DNA from: Phormidium sp. | GTDB taxonomy: Bacteria > Cyanobacteriota > Cyanobacteriia > Cyanobacteriales > Aerosakkonemataceae | Direction: 5' to 3' | DNA: 64,000 nucleotides | Assembly (NCBI GenBank): GCA_051013385.1 | Contig: CP143273.1 | Span: 1-64,000, forward strand | Shown: one piece after another, positions 9,758 to 20,031 of the stretch | How the letters are laid out: each line of letters begins with the position of its first letter | How positions within the stretch are numbered: position 1 is the first letter of the stretch | Notes under the pieces: model-generated | The model's database searches: none | What the model was told of the DNA's origin: nothing | What the model saw: the letters and a program-made list of their open reading frames with translations, nothing else | Made by a program: the position numbers and the translations under genes

Positions 9758-11599
9758 ATGGCTAAAATGCGCGATTTTTTCAAATATACCTTTGCCAGTT
9801 TTCTCGGTATTGTGATTTTCTTTGGTTTGTGTACTGGCGGTTTAATTTTCTTGCTGATTTCAGCAGCAATGAAAGATACAGGGCCACAAGTTAAAGATAA
9901 ATCAGTTTTAGTTTTTGACTTATCTACGAGAATTACTGATAGTAATCCTGGCTCAGGTACAGGTGAATTGTTACAAAAAGCTGTCTCAGGAGAAAGAGAC
10001 AATGCAGTTACTCTCCGCACAGTTTTGGAAACAATTAATAAAGCAGCCGCAGATAAGCGAATTGTGGCTATTTATCTCGATGGTAGCGGAGAATCAGAAG
10101 GGGGAATTTCTGGTTTGGCTACTCTGAAAGAAGTAAGAAAAGCTCTACAAAACTTTAAAGCTACTGGGAAAAAGATTATTGCTTATGATGTAGATTGGGA
10201 TGAACCTACTTATTATTTAGGTTCAGTAGCAAACACCGTCATAGTTAACCCGATGGGTGGCGTGGAAATGAACGGTTTACGTTCAGAAACCATGTTTCTC
10301 AGCGGTGCTTTAGAAAAATATGGTATTGGCGTACAGGTGCTTCGAGTTGGTAAATATAAATCAGCGATAGAACCATTTGTTCTGAAACAATTTAGTACAG
10401 AAAACCGCCAACAAACACAAAGATTATTAAATGATATTTGGGGAGATTTCCGGGCTACAGTTGGTACAAGTCGCCAGTTAAGTCCGCAACAAATTCAGAC
10501 GATCGCAGACAATAAAGGTTTGCTGATGGCGAATGAGGCAAAAAAAAGTCGCTTAGTGGATAAAGTTGCTTATTTTGACGAGGTAGTAACTGACTTAAAA
10601 AAACTAACTGGTAGTGATGAAGAGGAGAAATCTTTCCGGCAGATTAGCTTGGGTACTTATGCCAGAGTTCCCGATCGCGAAGTTGGTCAAGAACGCTCAT
10701 CAAAAAATAAAATTGCGATTGTTTATGCGGAAGGAGAAATTGTCAATGGTGAAGGTAGTTTAAGGCAGGTGGGAGGCGATCGCATTGCTAGCCAACTCCG
10801 CCAACTCCGCCAAAATAAAGATGTCAAAGCAGTAATTTTACGGGTAAATAGTCCGGGGGGTAGTGCGAGTGCTTCTGAGATTATTCAAAGAGAAGTAAAA
10901 CTGACTCGTCAAGCCAAACCTGTAATAGTTTCTATGGGAAATTATGCTGCTTCTGGTGGTTATTGGATTTCCACTTATGCTAACCGAATTTTTGCTGAAC
11001 CAAATACAATTACTGGTTCTATTGGGGTGTTTGGAATTTTACCAAATCTGCAAAAATTAGCTAACAATAATGGGGTAAATTGGGATGTGGTGAAAACTGG
11101 TCGTTTTGCTGATTCCCAAACTGTTTCTCGTCCGAAAACCCCGGAAGAATTAGCAATTTATCAAAACTCAGTTAACCAGGTTTATTATCAGTTTGTTGGT
11201 AAAGTTGCTGATTCCCGTAAGCTACCAGCTACCAAAGTTCAAGAAATTGCCCAAGGGCGAGTTTGGTCAGGTTTAGCAGCAAAACAAATTGGGTTGGTTG
11301 ATGAGATTGGTGGGATCAATGAGGCAGTGAAATATGCTGCTAAAGAAGCTAAATTAGGCGATGATTGGGAGCTAAAACAATTTAGTAGAAGTGGTTCTTT
11401 GGAAGAACGAATATTGAAAAATTTGTTTAGCTATCTTCCATCTATTTCTAGGGAAGAACAATCTGTAAATACGGTGATGAAGTTTGGCCCGTTTGCGGAG
11501 ACTTATCAACATTTAAAGGAGGAATTAGAAGTGTTAGCTAACCTTAACGATCCGCTGAATGTTTATGCTCGATTGCCTTATAATTTGCGAATAGATTAG
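9758..11599 (+). CDS. sppA: Signal peptide peptidase SppA (protease IV, 67K type)
   Basis: GKYKSA, RVNSPGGSA, AASGGYW, TGSIGV motifs; N-terminal TM helix. Confidence 0.96.
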   Translation: MAKMRDFFKYTFASFLGIVIFFGLCTGGLIFLLISAAMKDTGPQVKDKSVLVFDLSTRITDSNPGSGTGELLQKAVSGERDNAVTLRTVLETINKAAADKRIVAIYLDGSGESEGGISGLATLKEVRKALQNFKATGKKIIAYDVDWDEPTYYLGSVANTVIVNPMGGVEMNGLRSETMFLSGALEKYGIGVQVLRVGKYKSAIEPFVLKQFSTENRQQTQRLLNDIWGDFRATVGTSRQLSPQQIQTIADNKGLLMANEAKKSRLVDKVAYFDEVVTDLKKLTGSDEEEKSFRQISLGTYARVPDREVGQERSSKNKIAIVYAEGEIVNGEGSLRQVGGDRIASQLRQLRQNKDVKAVILRVNSPGGSASASEIIQREVKLTRQAKPVIVSMGNYAASGGYWISTYANRIFAEPNTITGSIGVFGILPNLQKLANNNGVNWDVVKTGRFADSQTVSRPKTPEELAIYQNSVNQVYYQFVGKVADSRKLPATKVQEIAQGRVWSGLAAKQIGLVDEIGGINEAVKYAAKEAKLGDDWELKQFSRSGSLEERILKNLFSYLPSISREEQSVNTVMKFGPFAETYQHLKEELEVLANLNDPLNVYARLPYNLRID

Positions 11600-11604
11600 T
11601 TAGT

Positions 11605-11680
11605 TCTTAGTCATTGGTCATTAGTCATTAGTAAAAAAGTGAGATTTACTAATAACAAATGACCAATAACAAATGACTAG
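11605..11680. repeat. Heptamer short tandem repeats in opposing orientation between convergent genes
   Basis: tagtcat/tggtcat units facing aatgacc/aatgact units. Confidence 0.7.
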
Positions 11681-11683
11681 AGA

Positions 11684-12403
11684 CTATATTTTTTTGATTA
11701 AATAGGCACAACGTCGATCGCCCTGCAAGATATGTTCGACTCTTTGAATAGAAACTTTTGGTCCTAATAAAGTGCGAAAAACTTCTAATTCGGAACGGCA
11801 TAATAATTGACAACTACTAGCTGCCGATCGCACAGGACAATGATTTTCTACTAACAATAAAGCATCGTCGGGTTGAGGAATTACTTCCGCCATGTAGCCT
11901 TCTCGATCTCGTAAATTGGCGATCGCTTTTACCTTTTGCGACCAGTCTTTACCTTTAGCAATCTCAGCACTTCTAGCAGTGTAAGCTTGAATTTGCCGCC
12001 CAGTCCGTTCCGCCAAAAGTTTTTCTAATCCCGAACTACCAAAAACTGTTTCCACTCCCCGCAATAAATCAACCATTAAATCAGCGTGACTATCGGGAAA
12101 CTGGCTGGTAGAATGTTCTGTCAAATGCCAAAGCTTAACCGGACGACCTTGGGGGCGACGTTCTTCGTAATATGTTACCAATTTTTCGGCGCGGAGTACT
12201 TGTAAATGTTGGCGGACAGCCATTGGCGATACGCCTAAGTGTTTGGCAATGGTGGTGGCTGTTTGCGCTCCCTGCATTTTTAAGAAGTAAAGGATCTGAT
12301 CTTTGGATTTTTGCCGTTCCTCCACATTCTCAACCGGGCATTTATCAGCTTTGTTTATATGAAAATGGTTTTTCACGATGGTAGGCTTAGATTTACTAAT
12401 CAA
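11684..12403 (-). CDS. SufR-like HTH metalloregulator
   Basis: N-terminal HTH (AVRQHL, GRP), GYMAE, ENHCP..C..LC.SE and RRCAY Cys motifs; no suf genes adjacent. Confidence 0.8.
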   Translation of the reverse strand: MISKSKPTIVKNHFHINKADKCPVENVEERQKSKDQILYFLKMQGAQTATTIAKHLGVSPMAVRQHLQVLRAEKLVTYYEERRPQGRPVKLWHLTEHSTSQFPDSHADLMVDLLRGVETVFGSSGLEKLLAERTGRQIQAYTARSAEIAKGKDWSQKVKAIANLRDREGYMAEVIPQPDDALLLVENHCPVRSAASSCQLLCRSELEVFRTLLGPKVSIQRVEHILQGDRRCAYLIKKI

Positions 12404-12484
12404 ACAACGACAACATTTATCGGTTTTATGGGCAGAATATATTAAGCCGGACTAGACAAGTAGTTTAAAAAATTACATCTTTCT

Positions 12485-12748
12485 ATGGATATAAAAAAAC
12501 CTCGCCCAAAAGATAGAAAAATTAACCGATTCTTCCTCTATATTGTGACGTGCAGTACAGTAGGTGTGGTGCTAGGAGGTACAGCTAGCTGGGCGGAAAG
12601 TAATCGTTGTTGGTTAGCTGAATCTCCGAGCAAACAGTGCATAACTCAAAGTCCGATGGTGTCAACTATCCAAGGTATGAGTACTGGGTTAATTGCGGGA
12701 CTTGGTGCGGGACTTGGTGCGACTTTACAAATAAAGCGCGACGAGTGA
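12485..12748 (+). CDS. Small hypothetical membrane protein
   Basis: Two Gly-rich hydrophobic segments with a Cys pair between them. Confidence 0.65.
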   Translation: MDIKKPRPKDRKINRFFLYIVTCSTVGVVLGGTASWAESNRCWLAESPSKQCITQSPMVSTIQGMSTGLIAGLGAGLGATLQIKRDE

Positions 12749-12749
12749 T

Positions 12750-13135
12750 TTGAGAAACGGTAGTTGCGATCGCGCACCCACAAACTCACGGGGACGGAAT
12801 TACCTTGGGAGTCTACTTTCACTTCCACAACAAAAGGTAACGGTTTTCCTTGCGATCGCGCAACTCCTGTTTGCGCCTGATTAATATCTTTGTTGAACTG
12901 TTCTCGCTGACTTTCGGGAAAATAATAACTTTCCAGTCCATAAGTAACTGTACCGTAACGTAATCGACCTTTCAGAGCAACTTGGTTTTTTGGCAGATCT
13001 ACAGGACGAGAAGTGCTGACTGCAATAGGTTTCCAAGGTTTAGGGCGACCTGAAGAAGTTTGTTCTTTGGGTGCTTCCAGAATTACATACAAGTTTAAAG
13101 AGTTTGTTTTTTCGTTGTTTAACTCTTTCCAACCT
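12750..13135 (-). pseudogene. C-terminal remnant of a GDYXXLXY-family membrane-anchored protein
   Basis: YVILEAP, WKPIAVS, YGLESYYFPE, VEVKVDSQGNSVPVSLW motifs; no N-terminal half or ATG; reads through into the convergent gene. Confidence 0.65.
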
Positions 13136-13226
13136 CACAGTTTAAAATGTAAATAGCATAGATTTAGTTTAACTAGCTAATCTTTGTTTCTCACTTAAAT
13201 ATGACAGTTTATATAACCGTCCCTAC

Positions 13227-14192
13227 ATGGAAAAACCATCTAACTTACTAATTAAACTGAGTCGTCGTTTATTTACAGATAGCAATTCCCAGGAAGAATT
13301 TATTACAGCATTAACTCAGCCTCAACCTTTTCAGCCTTGCATTCTTTGGTGTCGAAAAAAACCGGATGAATTGCCTTTTTTGGTCGAAACTCCGACAGCT
13401 TGGCAACCAGAATTTATCGATAGGTTAGCTTTAGACACCAAACCCGGTCAATATTTTTTACACAATGAAGGTTATTATTACTGTTTAGATTTTTCTTCGG
13501 TGTTTGCTGCCTCTATTCTATTAGCAATTCCTTCTCCGGTAAAGGTAGTTTTTGATATGTGTGCTGCACCGGGAGGGAAGGGAATTTTTGCTTTGCGACT
13601 TTTCCAACCAGAATTATTAATTAGTAATGAGGTAATTGGTAAACGGTTGGGAATGTTAATTTCTAACTTAAAAAGATGCCAGATTCAGCCGTCTGTTGTG
13701 GTGAATAGAGACCCGAGTGTTTTAGCGGAAAACTTTGCTCAAACTAGTGATTTAGTGATTGTTGATGCTCCTTGTACTGGGCAATCCTTGTTAGCTAAAG
13801 GTGAAAAAGCTGTGGGATGTTTTCACCCAGCTAATATTAATCAATGTGCGAATAGACAAAAGAGAATTATTGCTAATTCTGCGAAAATTGTCGCACCACA
13901 GGGATATTTAGCTTATATGACTTGTACTTATTCGCCAGAAGAAAATGAGGAAGTTTGCGAATGGTTAATTAAGAGATTTCCGCAATTTGAGGCGATCGCA
14001 GTTGAGCATTTAGAGGATTATCGATCGCACTTAACCCACCTCCCCTGTTACCGAATTTTCCCGCAGGATAAATTAGGCGCTGGTGCATTTACAGCATTGT
14101 TTAAAAACACAGAACAGGGAACAAAAAATCAGCTTGATTCAGATATTTTAGAAAATTTTGCTGTAATTAAACTTCCTGTTAAAGAGGTTTAA
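13227..14192 (+). CDS. RsmB/NOP2-family RNA m5C methyltransferase
   Basis: DMCAAPGGK, VDAPCTG, YMTCTYSPEENE motifs. Confidence 0.92.
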   Translation: MEKPSNLLIKLSRRLFTDSNSQEEFITALTQPQPFQPCILWCRKKPDELPFLVETPTAWQPEFIDRLALDTKPGQYFLHNEGYYYCLDFSSVFAASILLAIPSPVKVVFDMCAAPGGKGIFALRLFQPELLISNEVIGKRLGMLISNLKRCQIQPSVVVNRDPSVLAENFAQTSDLVIVDAPCTGQSLLAKGEKAVGCFHPANINQCANRQKRIIANSAKIVAPQGYLAYMTCTYSPEENEEVCEWLIKRFPQFEAIAVEHLEDYRSHLTHLPCYRIFPQDKLGAGAFTALFKNTEQGTKNQLDSDILENFAVIKLPVKEV

Positions 14193-15887
14193 TTAATGAC
14201 CATTTTGACTACTAATGCCAAAAGTTGGTGGAACGTAATCATCAGGTAAATAATCAGCTGGCATAGTTGAATGATTACCGTCACGAATAGCGGTATAAGC
14301 GGGAGAGAGAATTTCAATTCCGGCTTGATTGCAGTAGTCTTGAATATTTTGATGTAAATCAGAATAAATTTCTGGCATTAATTCCGGGTGATCTGTAAAA
14401 GCATTAATTTCATAGCTGATATGGAAATCATTTAAACTTGTTTGTAATACAAATGGACGTGGTTCTGCCATTATATATTTTGTGGCTCCAGCTGCTTTAA
14501 TTAACGCTTCATGCACTTTGCGCCAAGGCACATCATATCCTAAAGTAATGGTTGTGTACAACACTAAACCCTGATGTGATTCCCGCTGAACAACACTAAA
14601 GTTTTTTACGTCACTACCGAGAATTTTCGCATTAGGTATGGTAATTACTTCTTTTTTAGGATTGATAATTCGGGTAACAAAAAGAGACTTTTCAATTACT
14701 GAACCTTTGGTATCTCCAATAGCAACAAAATCCCCAATTTGAAAAGAACGAGTATAAATTAAAATGATTCCAGCGACGGCATTGGCAACGGCGGATGAAG
14801 AACCCAAGGTGAATATTGCGCCTAAAAATAGGGAAACACCTTGAAATGCGGGTGAACCAAATCCGGGTAAAAATGGGCCTGCAACTACTAGGGCGATCGC
14901 TACAATTAAAAATGTTATTAAACGATTGGTAGGCTGTATCCACTCTGGATAAAACCAAGGATAGGCATCATCTCTCCCCAATTCAGAAATTACCAATTTA
15001 GCAAATTCAATTACATAAATAGTGATCAGAGCAATAATTCCAATAGTCAGCAAGTTTGGCAGGTATTTGCTAAAGCCTTCTACTAGTTGCTCAATTTGAA
15101 CAGCAATATCTTTGAGAATGCTATCACCTAAAGGTTTGGTTACGGGAAATTGACTTAAAACGAAAGGTAAATAAACATAAAGGCTGAGCAAAATTATTGC
15201 TAATCTTCCTAAACGAACCAATCCACTCAGCAAATAACTCATAGCATTGGAACCCAAGACTTGAACATTTTTAATTTTTAATTCCAGTGCATCTGCTTTG
15301 CGGGCAACTCTAATTTTAGCTAATAATTTTGTAACTATTTTTTGCAGGAATTTGAAGAAAAGCAGTAATGCAATAGTGCTTATAACTGCTAAAACTGCCC
15401 CCTTAAGTAAATTTTCAGCTTTGCGTTCTTCTCGGTATTTAACTATCGAAGCTTGAATAAATTTAGTGGCTTCTTGGGCGATAATTTCCCGGCTTTTATT
15501 ATAGATAACTGCATCTTCCTTAATAATCGTAAATAAAACCTTATCTCCGGCTTTTACGAATAAGTCGTTTCCCCGCTTTTCGGCTTGAATAGCTTCTGGT
15601 AAAATAGTAGAATCATTGGCAACTGTAAGCAATCTTTGTTTAATAATAGCTGCCCTTTCTTCAGCCGTAGCAATCCCAGGAATTCCTTGTTTAACTCGGA
15701 AAAGTTCTTTACCATCCAAAACTACAGGAAAACCGTCTACTGCATTCCCAGTAGTACTAGTAGTAGTTGTTTGTTGGGCATAAACTGGTACTGCGACAAT
15801 CAAAAGCAGAGTTGTGACGAGTAGAATTAACCAAGTTTTGAACCTTTGGGAGAGGGAGAGAGGGGGATAGTTCTTATCAGGTTTCAT
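14193..15887 (-). CDS. Mechanosensitive ion channel (MscS family)
   Basis: TM helices, AGIILIYTRSFQIGD, ITIPN, LGYDVPW, GIEILSP. Confidence 0.93.
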   Translation of the reverse strand: MKPDKNYPPLSLSQRFKTWLILLVTTLLLIVAVPVYAQQTTTTSTTGNAVDGFPVVLDGKELFRVKQGIPGIATAEERAAIIKQRLLTVANDSTILPEAIQAEKRGNDLFVKAGDKVLFTIIKEDAVIYNKSREIIAQEATKFIQASIVKYREERKAENLLKGAVLAVISTIALLLFFKFLQKIVTKLLAKIRVARKADALELKIKNVQVLGSNAMSYLLSGLVRLGRLAIILLSLYVYLPFVLSQFPVTKPLGDSILKDIAVQIEQLVEGFSKYLPNLLTIGIIALITIYVIEFAKLVISELGRDDAYPWFYPEWIQPTNRLITFLIVAIALVVAGPFLPGFGSPAFQGVSLFLGAIFTLGSSSAVANAVAGIILIYTRSFQIGDFVAIGDTKGSVIEKSLFVTRIINPKKEVITIPNAKILGSDVKNFSVVQRESHQGLVLYTTITLGYDVPWRKVHEALIKAAGATKYIMAEPRPFVLQTSLNDFHISYEINAFTDHPELMPEIYSDLHQNIQDYCNQAGIEILSPAYTAIRDGNHSTMPADYLPDDYVPPTFGISSQNGH

Positions 15888-16056
15888 TTTTGTCTTAGAG
15901 GAAAGTTTTTAATTTACTTAGTTTACAACCTTTGAGATGCAAACTTGTTTGGCGATCGCTAAAATTAAACCAAAAAACAACCAGTAAAGGCGTGAGTTTT
16001 GGGCAGCGGTTTGGGAATACTCAGAGGAGAAGTATAAAATTGCTCAAATAGTTACC

Positions 16057-18483
16057 ATGACTCCATTATTGCCACAGTGCCAAAATCTACAACAACAAGT
16101 TGAACAAATATTACAACTGTTGCATCAGGAAGCATCTTTGCGATCGCAGGATACCACATCTGTACAAGCTTCCCTGAGAAAGGCGATTTCTCCCAAGTTT
16201 GAAATTGTCTTTGCGGGTGCGTTTAGTGCAGGGAAATCCATGCTGATCAACGCCTTGCTAGAAAGGGAGTTGCTTTACAGTGCGGAAGGGCACGCTACGG
16301 GAACCGAATGTTATATCGAATATGCGGAAACTGAGGAGGAAGAACGAGTTGTTTTAACATTTTTAAGTGAGGCGGAAATTCGGGAACAGGCGTTAGCTTT
16401 ATGTAAAAAATTAAGTTTAGCAGCACCGCAAAACATCAACCAACCAGAAGTAATTGATTTGCTTTGTCAAGGATGCGAAGCCATAGTTCAGCAGGAAGGT
16501 GGCGAGACTAAATCGGAACGGGCGAAACAGGCCAAAGCGTTGTTATTGTTATTAGAAGGATATCTAGCGAATCGGGAACATATTCATACTTTGAATAATG
16601 CGACTTATTCAATGGAACAGTTTAATTTTTCTAACTTAAAAGAAGCGGCGAGTTATGCGCGACGGGGAAGTAATAGCGCAGTTTTAAAACGCATTGAGTA
16701 TTACTGTTATCATCCCTTATTGCAAGATGGTAATGTGTTAATTGATATGCCGGGAATTGATGCGCCAGTCAAGAGAGATGCAGAATTAACTTATCGCAAG
16801 ATTGAAGATCCAGAAACTTCGGCGGTTGTTTGCGTTTTGAAACCTGCATCGGCGGGGGATATGACAACAGAAGAAACGGAATTGTTAGAAAAAATGCGGG
16901 CAAATTCGGGGATTCGCGATCGCGTTTTCTACATTTTCAATCGTATCGATGAAACCTGGTACAATAGCCAATTAAGGCAACGCTTAGAAGATTTAATTCA
17001 TTCGCAATTCCGGGATACACCAAAGGTTTATAAAACTAGCGGTTTATTGGGATTTTATGGCAGTCAAATTAAAGGTACTAGTGGACGTGATCGCTATGGT
17101 TTAGATACCGTCTTTGTCGAAAGCGTCAAAGGTTTAAATGGACAAGAAGAAACGCCACAATTTGTCTATGCTTTTAACAACTATTGTGGCACTTCCCGCA
17201 AGTTACCCAGTCATTTTCGGATTTCCATTAATGGCTATGAGTCACCGAATGAAAATTATGTACGTATCCTTTCTGAATGGGAAACACCATTAATTAATCA
17301 ACTAATTCAAGATAGCGGAATTGATGAATTTCGAGATGCAATTACTCGTTACTTGACTTTAGAAAAACGTCCCCAACTCTTTGCTAGTTTGGCTGATGAC
17401 TTGCAACCTGTGTGTATTAGCCTGCGGAAACACTATTTATCGCTATATCGAGATTTGGATAGTCAACCTCGCGAAATTGAAGCGATGAAAGCGCAGGAAT
17501 TAAGCAGATTAAATCAGCAGTTGCAACAAATTGGACAGGAATTTCGCCAACATATAGCGGATGAAATTAACCAAGTGGTTACAAATACTTGCCAATATTT
17601 TGAAGATGATTTTAATAAGTTGCAATCACGGATGATTCGCCGTTTGGATGAGTTGTTAGATAGCTTTTCTGTGAGAACGGCTTATCAACGAGCAACTTTG
17701 AGTCATCCCCGCAATGCTACTGCGCCTTTGTTAGCAGTTTTAGTGGAAGCACTTTACTCTTTATCTAATCAATTGGAAGATATTTTAGTTGAGTCTTCCC
17801 AGGAAGTAGTTGCTAGTTTTTTCCAACGTTTAATTGAGCGAATTCGGAAGTCTGATTATTATCGCAATTTGTACCGACTTTTAGGGAATGATGGTGGGAT
17901 TGAGCAACAGTTGAAAGTGTTGGAAAAACAGATAACTCAAGCTTTGGTAAGTGAGGCTAAGGTGGAGTGCGATCGCTACGTGCGAGAAAGTCCTCGTTTT
18001 TACGATGAAGGAACTTTTTCAATATATCAATTCCGCCAAACTTTACTACAAACTTCTCAAGGTTACGACTGCGAAAGCATGGTAGAAGCAGAACCAGCAA
18101 TTCGCCAACTTTTAAAGTTAGACTTTGAACCCAAAGTCTCCACCACAATTAAACGCAACTTCCGCCAAACTATCAACCAAACAATTAACACCCAATTGTT
18201 ACCAATGGCGACTCACCAAGCAGATGAAATCCTGCAACAATACAATCAAGCCCGTGCATATTTAGAGAAAGCTTTGGCGAAAGAAGCCGAAGAAAAAATT
18301 GCCCGAAACGATCGATTCTTGCAAGAAGTTAAACAAAAAATCGAGGAATACAATCAAGCAATTTCGGGAATCAACGCTTGCTTACAAGCAATGCAACTAT
18401 ATGAAAAAGTTCTCCCAGAAATCCGCGAAACTGATTTCATTCCCGTTGTTCTGAACGAAGAAGTCGCAGAAACTTCCGAGTAA
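16057..18483 (+). CDS. Bacterial dynamin-like GTPase (KGK-associated type)
   Basis: G1 GAFSAGKS, G2 ATG, G3 DMPG, G4 NRID; long helical stalk. Confidence 0.93.
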   Translation: MTPLLPQCQNLQQQVEQILQLLHQEASLRSQDTTSVQASLRKAISPKFEIVFAGAFSAGKSMLINALLERELLYSAEGHATGTECYIEYAETEEEERVVLTFLSEAEIREQALALCKKLSLAAPQNINQPEVIDLLCQGCEAIVQQEGGETKSERAKQAKALLLLLEGYLANREHIHTLNNATYSMEQFNFSNLKEAASYARRGSNSAVLKRIEYYCYHPLLQDGNVLIDMPGIDAPVKRDAELTYRKIEDPETSAVVCVLKPASAGDMTTEETELLEKMRANSGIRDRVFYIFNRIDETWYNSQLRQRLEDLIHSQFRDTPKVYKTSGLLGFYGSQIKGTSGRDRYGLDTVFVESVKGLNGQEETPQFVYAFNNYCGTSRKLPSHFRISINGYESPNENYVRILSEWETPLINQLIQDSGIDEFRDAITRYLTLEKRPQLFASLADDLQPVCISLRKHYLSLYRDLDSQPREIEAMKAQELSRLNQQLQQIGQEFRQHIADEINQVVTNTCQYFEDDFNKLQSRMIRRLDELLDSFSVRTAYQRATLSHPRNATAPLLAVLVEALYSLSNQLEDILVESSQEVVASFFQRLIERIRKSDYYRNLYRLLGNDGGIEQQLKVLEKQITQALVSEAKVECDRYVRESPRFYDEGTFSIYQFRQTLLQTSQGYDCESMVEAEPAIRQLLKLDFEPKVSTTIKRNFRQTINQTINTQLLPMATHQADEILQQYNQARAYLEKALAKEAEEKIARNDRFLQEVKQKIEEYNQAISGINACLQAMQLYEKVLPEIRETDFIPVVLNEEVAETSE

Positions 18484-18504
18484 ACAGTATGTAGGGTGCG
18501 TTAA

Positions 18505-18607
18505 CTGAGATCTTGCACCAGGAGGCGGAGCCTCTATTTCTCGTTACCAGGTTCAACCTGGTAACGAGGGTTGGGAGGTTCTACCTCCATACTCTGCAAG
18601 ATCTGAG
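18505..18607. mobile_element. MITE with CT(G/C)AGATCTTGCA terminal inverted repeats, nested in another repeat
   Basis: ctgagatcttgca...tgcaagatctgag, (g)ttaa duplication; internal ctcgttaccaggttcaacctggtaacgag palindrome. Confidence 0.8.
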
Positions 18608-18669
18608 TTAACGCAGTGTAACGCACCAAAACTCTAAAATAATGACCTTTTCACTAAGACAATGCGATC

Positions 18670-19188
18670 GTGATTATGAGTAATAAATTTCAGCTACTAG
18701 ACAGAGATGATGATGTACTGTCCTTTGAGCAAGACAAAATGTTGAAAGTTGGTCAACTCAAAGAGGAAATTTGGCAAAACTTTTCTCTATTTGCCAGAGA
18801 TTCTTTCAATTACGGTCGAAGGCACTTACGTTTGGAGAATTATTCAAAACTCACAATAATTAATGGTTTGTTCAATGAAATTAACTGGCAATGTTCGCCT
18901 AGTGAGGGAATAGATTGTGAAGTTTTAAGGCTTGGTGCTCAAAATTGGCAAAAGGGTAAACTTAAAATACAGGCTATTTTAAAATTTTTACCTCCACTAG
19001 AACAGCAACCATTGCAATACGTAGAGCCTAAAAAGATGTATGACAAACTGAGGGAAACAAACCTCACAATTTCTGAAATTATGGACATAAAAGTTATCTT
19101 AGAATTTTGTCCAGATACTCCAGAAATAATCGAAACAGAATCGCCGCTTGACGATCTAAGACGGATGATGAATGAAAATAGTAAATAG
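18670..19188 (+). CDS. KGK domain protein
   Basis: GIDCEVLRLGAQNWQKGKLKI and EFCPD...ESPLDDLRR motifs. Confidence 0.9.
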   Translation: MIMSNKFQLLDRDDDVLSFEQDKMLKVGQLKEEIWQNFSLFARDSFNYGRRHLRLENYSKLTIINGLFNEINWQCSPSEGIDCEVLRLGAQNWQKGKLKIQAILKFLPPLEQQPLQYVEPKKMYDKLRETNLTISEIMDIKVILEFCPDTPEIIETESPLDDLRRMMNENSK

Positions 19189-19214
19189 TACACTTACAAC
19201 TTCAGGAGATTAAC

Positions 19215-19580
19215 ATGGAATACAATTACTATTTGCAAAATTGTAGCAATGATGATGTTATACAATTTTCAAATGCGATACACAAAGTTGGTCAATTAAA
19301 AACGGCTATGGAGCTTGCAATAAATAATCAAAACAAGCTACCTAATACACTATTTTACGCTTTACAAGAACAAGGAGTAAAGTTAGAAAATTTAGCTGCA
19401 ACACAAAAATTGTTGGTTGATGGGTTAGATGCTGAAACTTTAAAAATTGGTGCTAAAGGCTGGCAAAAAGGAAAAATCCGAGTAAGAGTTATTTTAGAAT
19501 TTGAACCAGAAGAACCAGAAAGTAACGAACCAGAATCACCGTTGGATGATTTACGACGGATGATGAATGAGAATAGTTAG
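19215..19580 (+). CDS. KGK domain protein (second paralogue)
   Basis: LKIGAKGWQKGKIRV and ESPLDDLRRMMNENS motifs. Confidence 0.9.
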   Translation: MEYNYYLQNCSNDDVIQFSNAIHKVGQLKTAMELAINNQNKLPNTLFYALQEQGVKLENLAATQKLLVDGLDAETLKIGAKGWQKGKIRVRVILEFEPEEPESNEPESPLDDLRRMMNENS

Positions 19581-19649
19581 TAACAGTCAGTCTGTTGTAA
19601 GTGCTTTAGCACTTAAGCACTGAAGTGCTTACAACGGACGTTTATTGTA

Positions 19650-19907
19650 ATGGTTGATAAAATGAGTAAAACTCCTCGAATTCCCATTCCTCCAGAAGTC
19701 AGAAAATATGTTTTTCAACGCGACAAATATCAATGTCAAAGTTGTGGAAAAACTAGTGATGAGACTGAATTAAATATCGATCACATTATTCCCCTTGCTA
19801 GTGGTGGATCTAATGATATCAGTAATTTACAAACCTTGTGTTGTAATTGTAACCAGCGAAAGAAACATCATTTTGATCCTCGCTTTCACCGTCGTTTTAG
19901 CACTTAA
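19650..19907 (+). CDS. Stand-alone HNH endonuclease
   Basis: RD.Y.CQSCG, IDHIIP...GGSN...NLQTLC..CN..K. Confidence 0.93.
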   Translation: MVDKMSKTPRIPIPPEVRKYVFQRDKYQCQSCGKTSDETELNIDHIIPLASGGSNDISNLQTLCCNCNQRKKHHFDPRFHRRFST

Positions 19908-20031
19908 AATTTTAACTTAATCTTAATGTTAATTTATGCGCTCGCTTTTCCGTAAAATCTCGGTTTTAATTAAGTGACAGAGGAGAATAAAATTTCAAAG
20001 GAATCAGCCCTAAAGTTGAAAAAATAGCAAT

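Noticed and set aside
11684..12403. Assigning the symbol sufR
   Set aside because: Motifs fit the family but no sufBCDS genes are adjacent; it may be a paralogue
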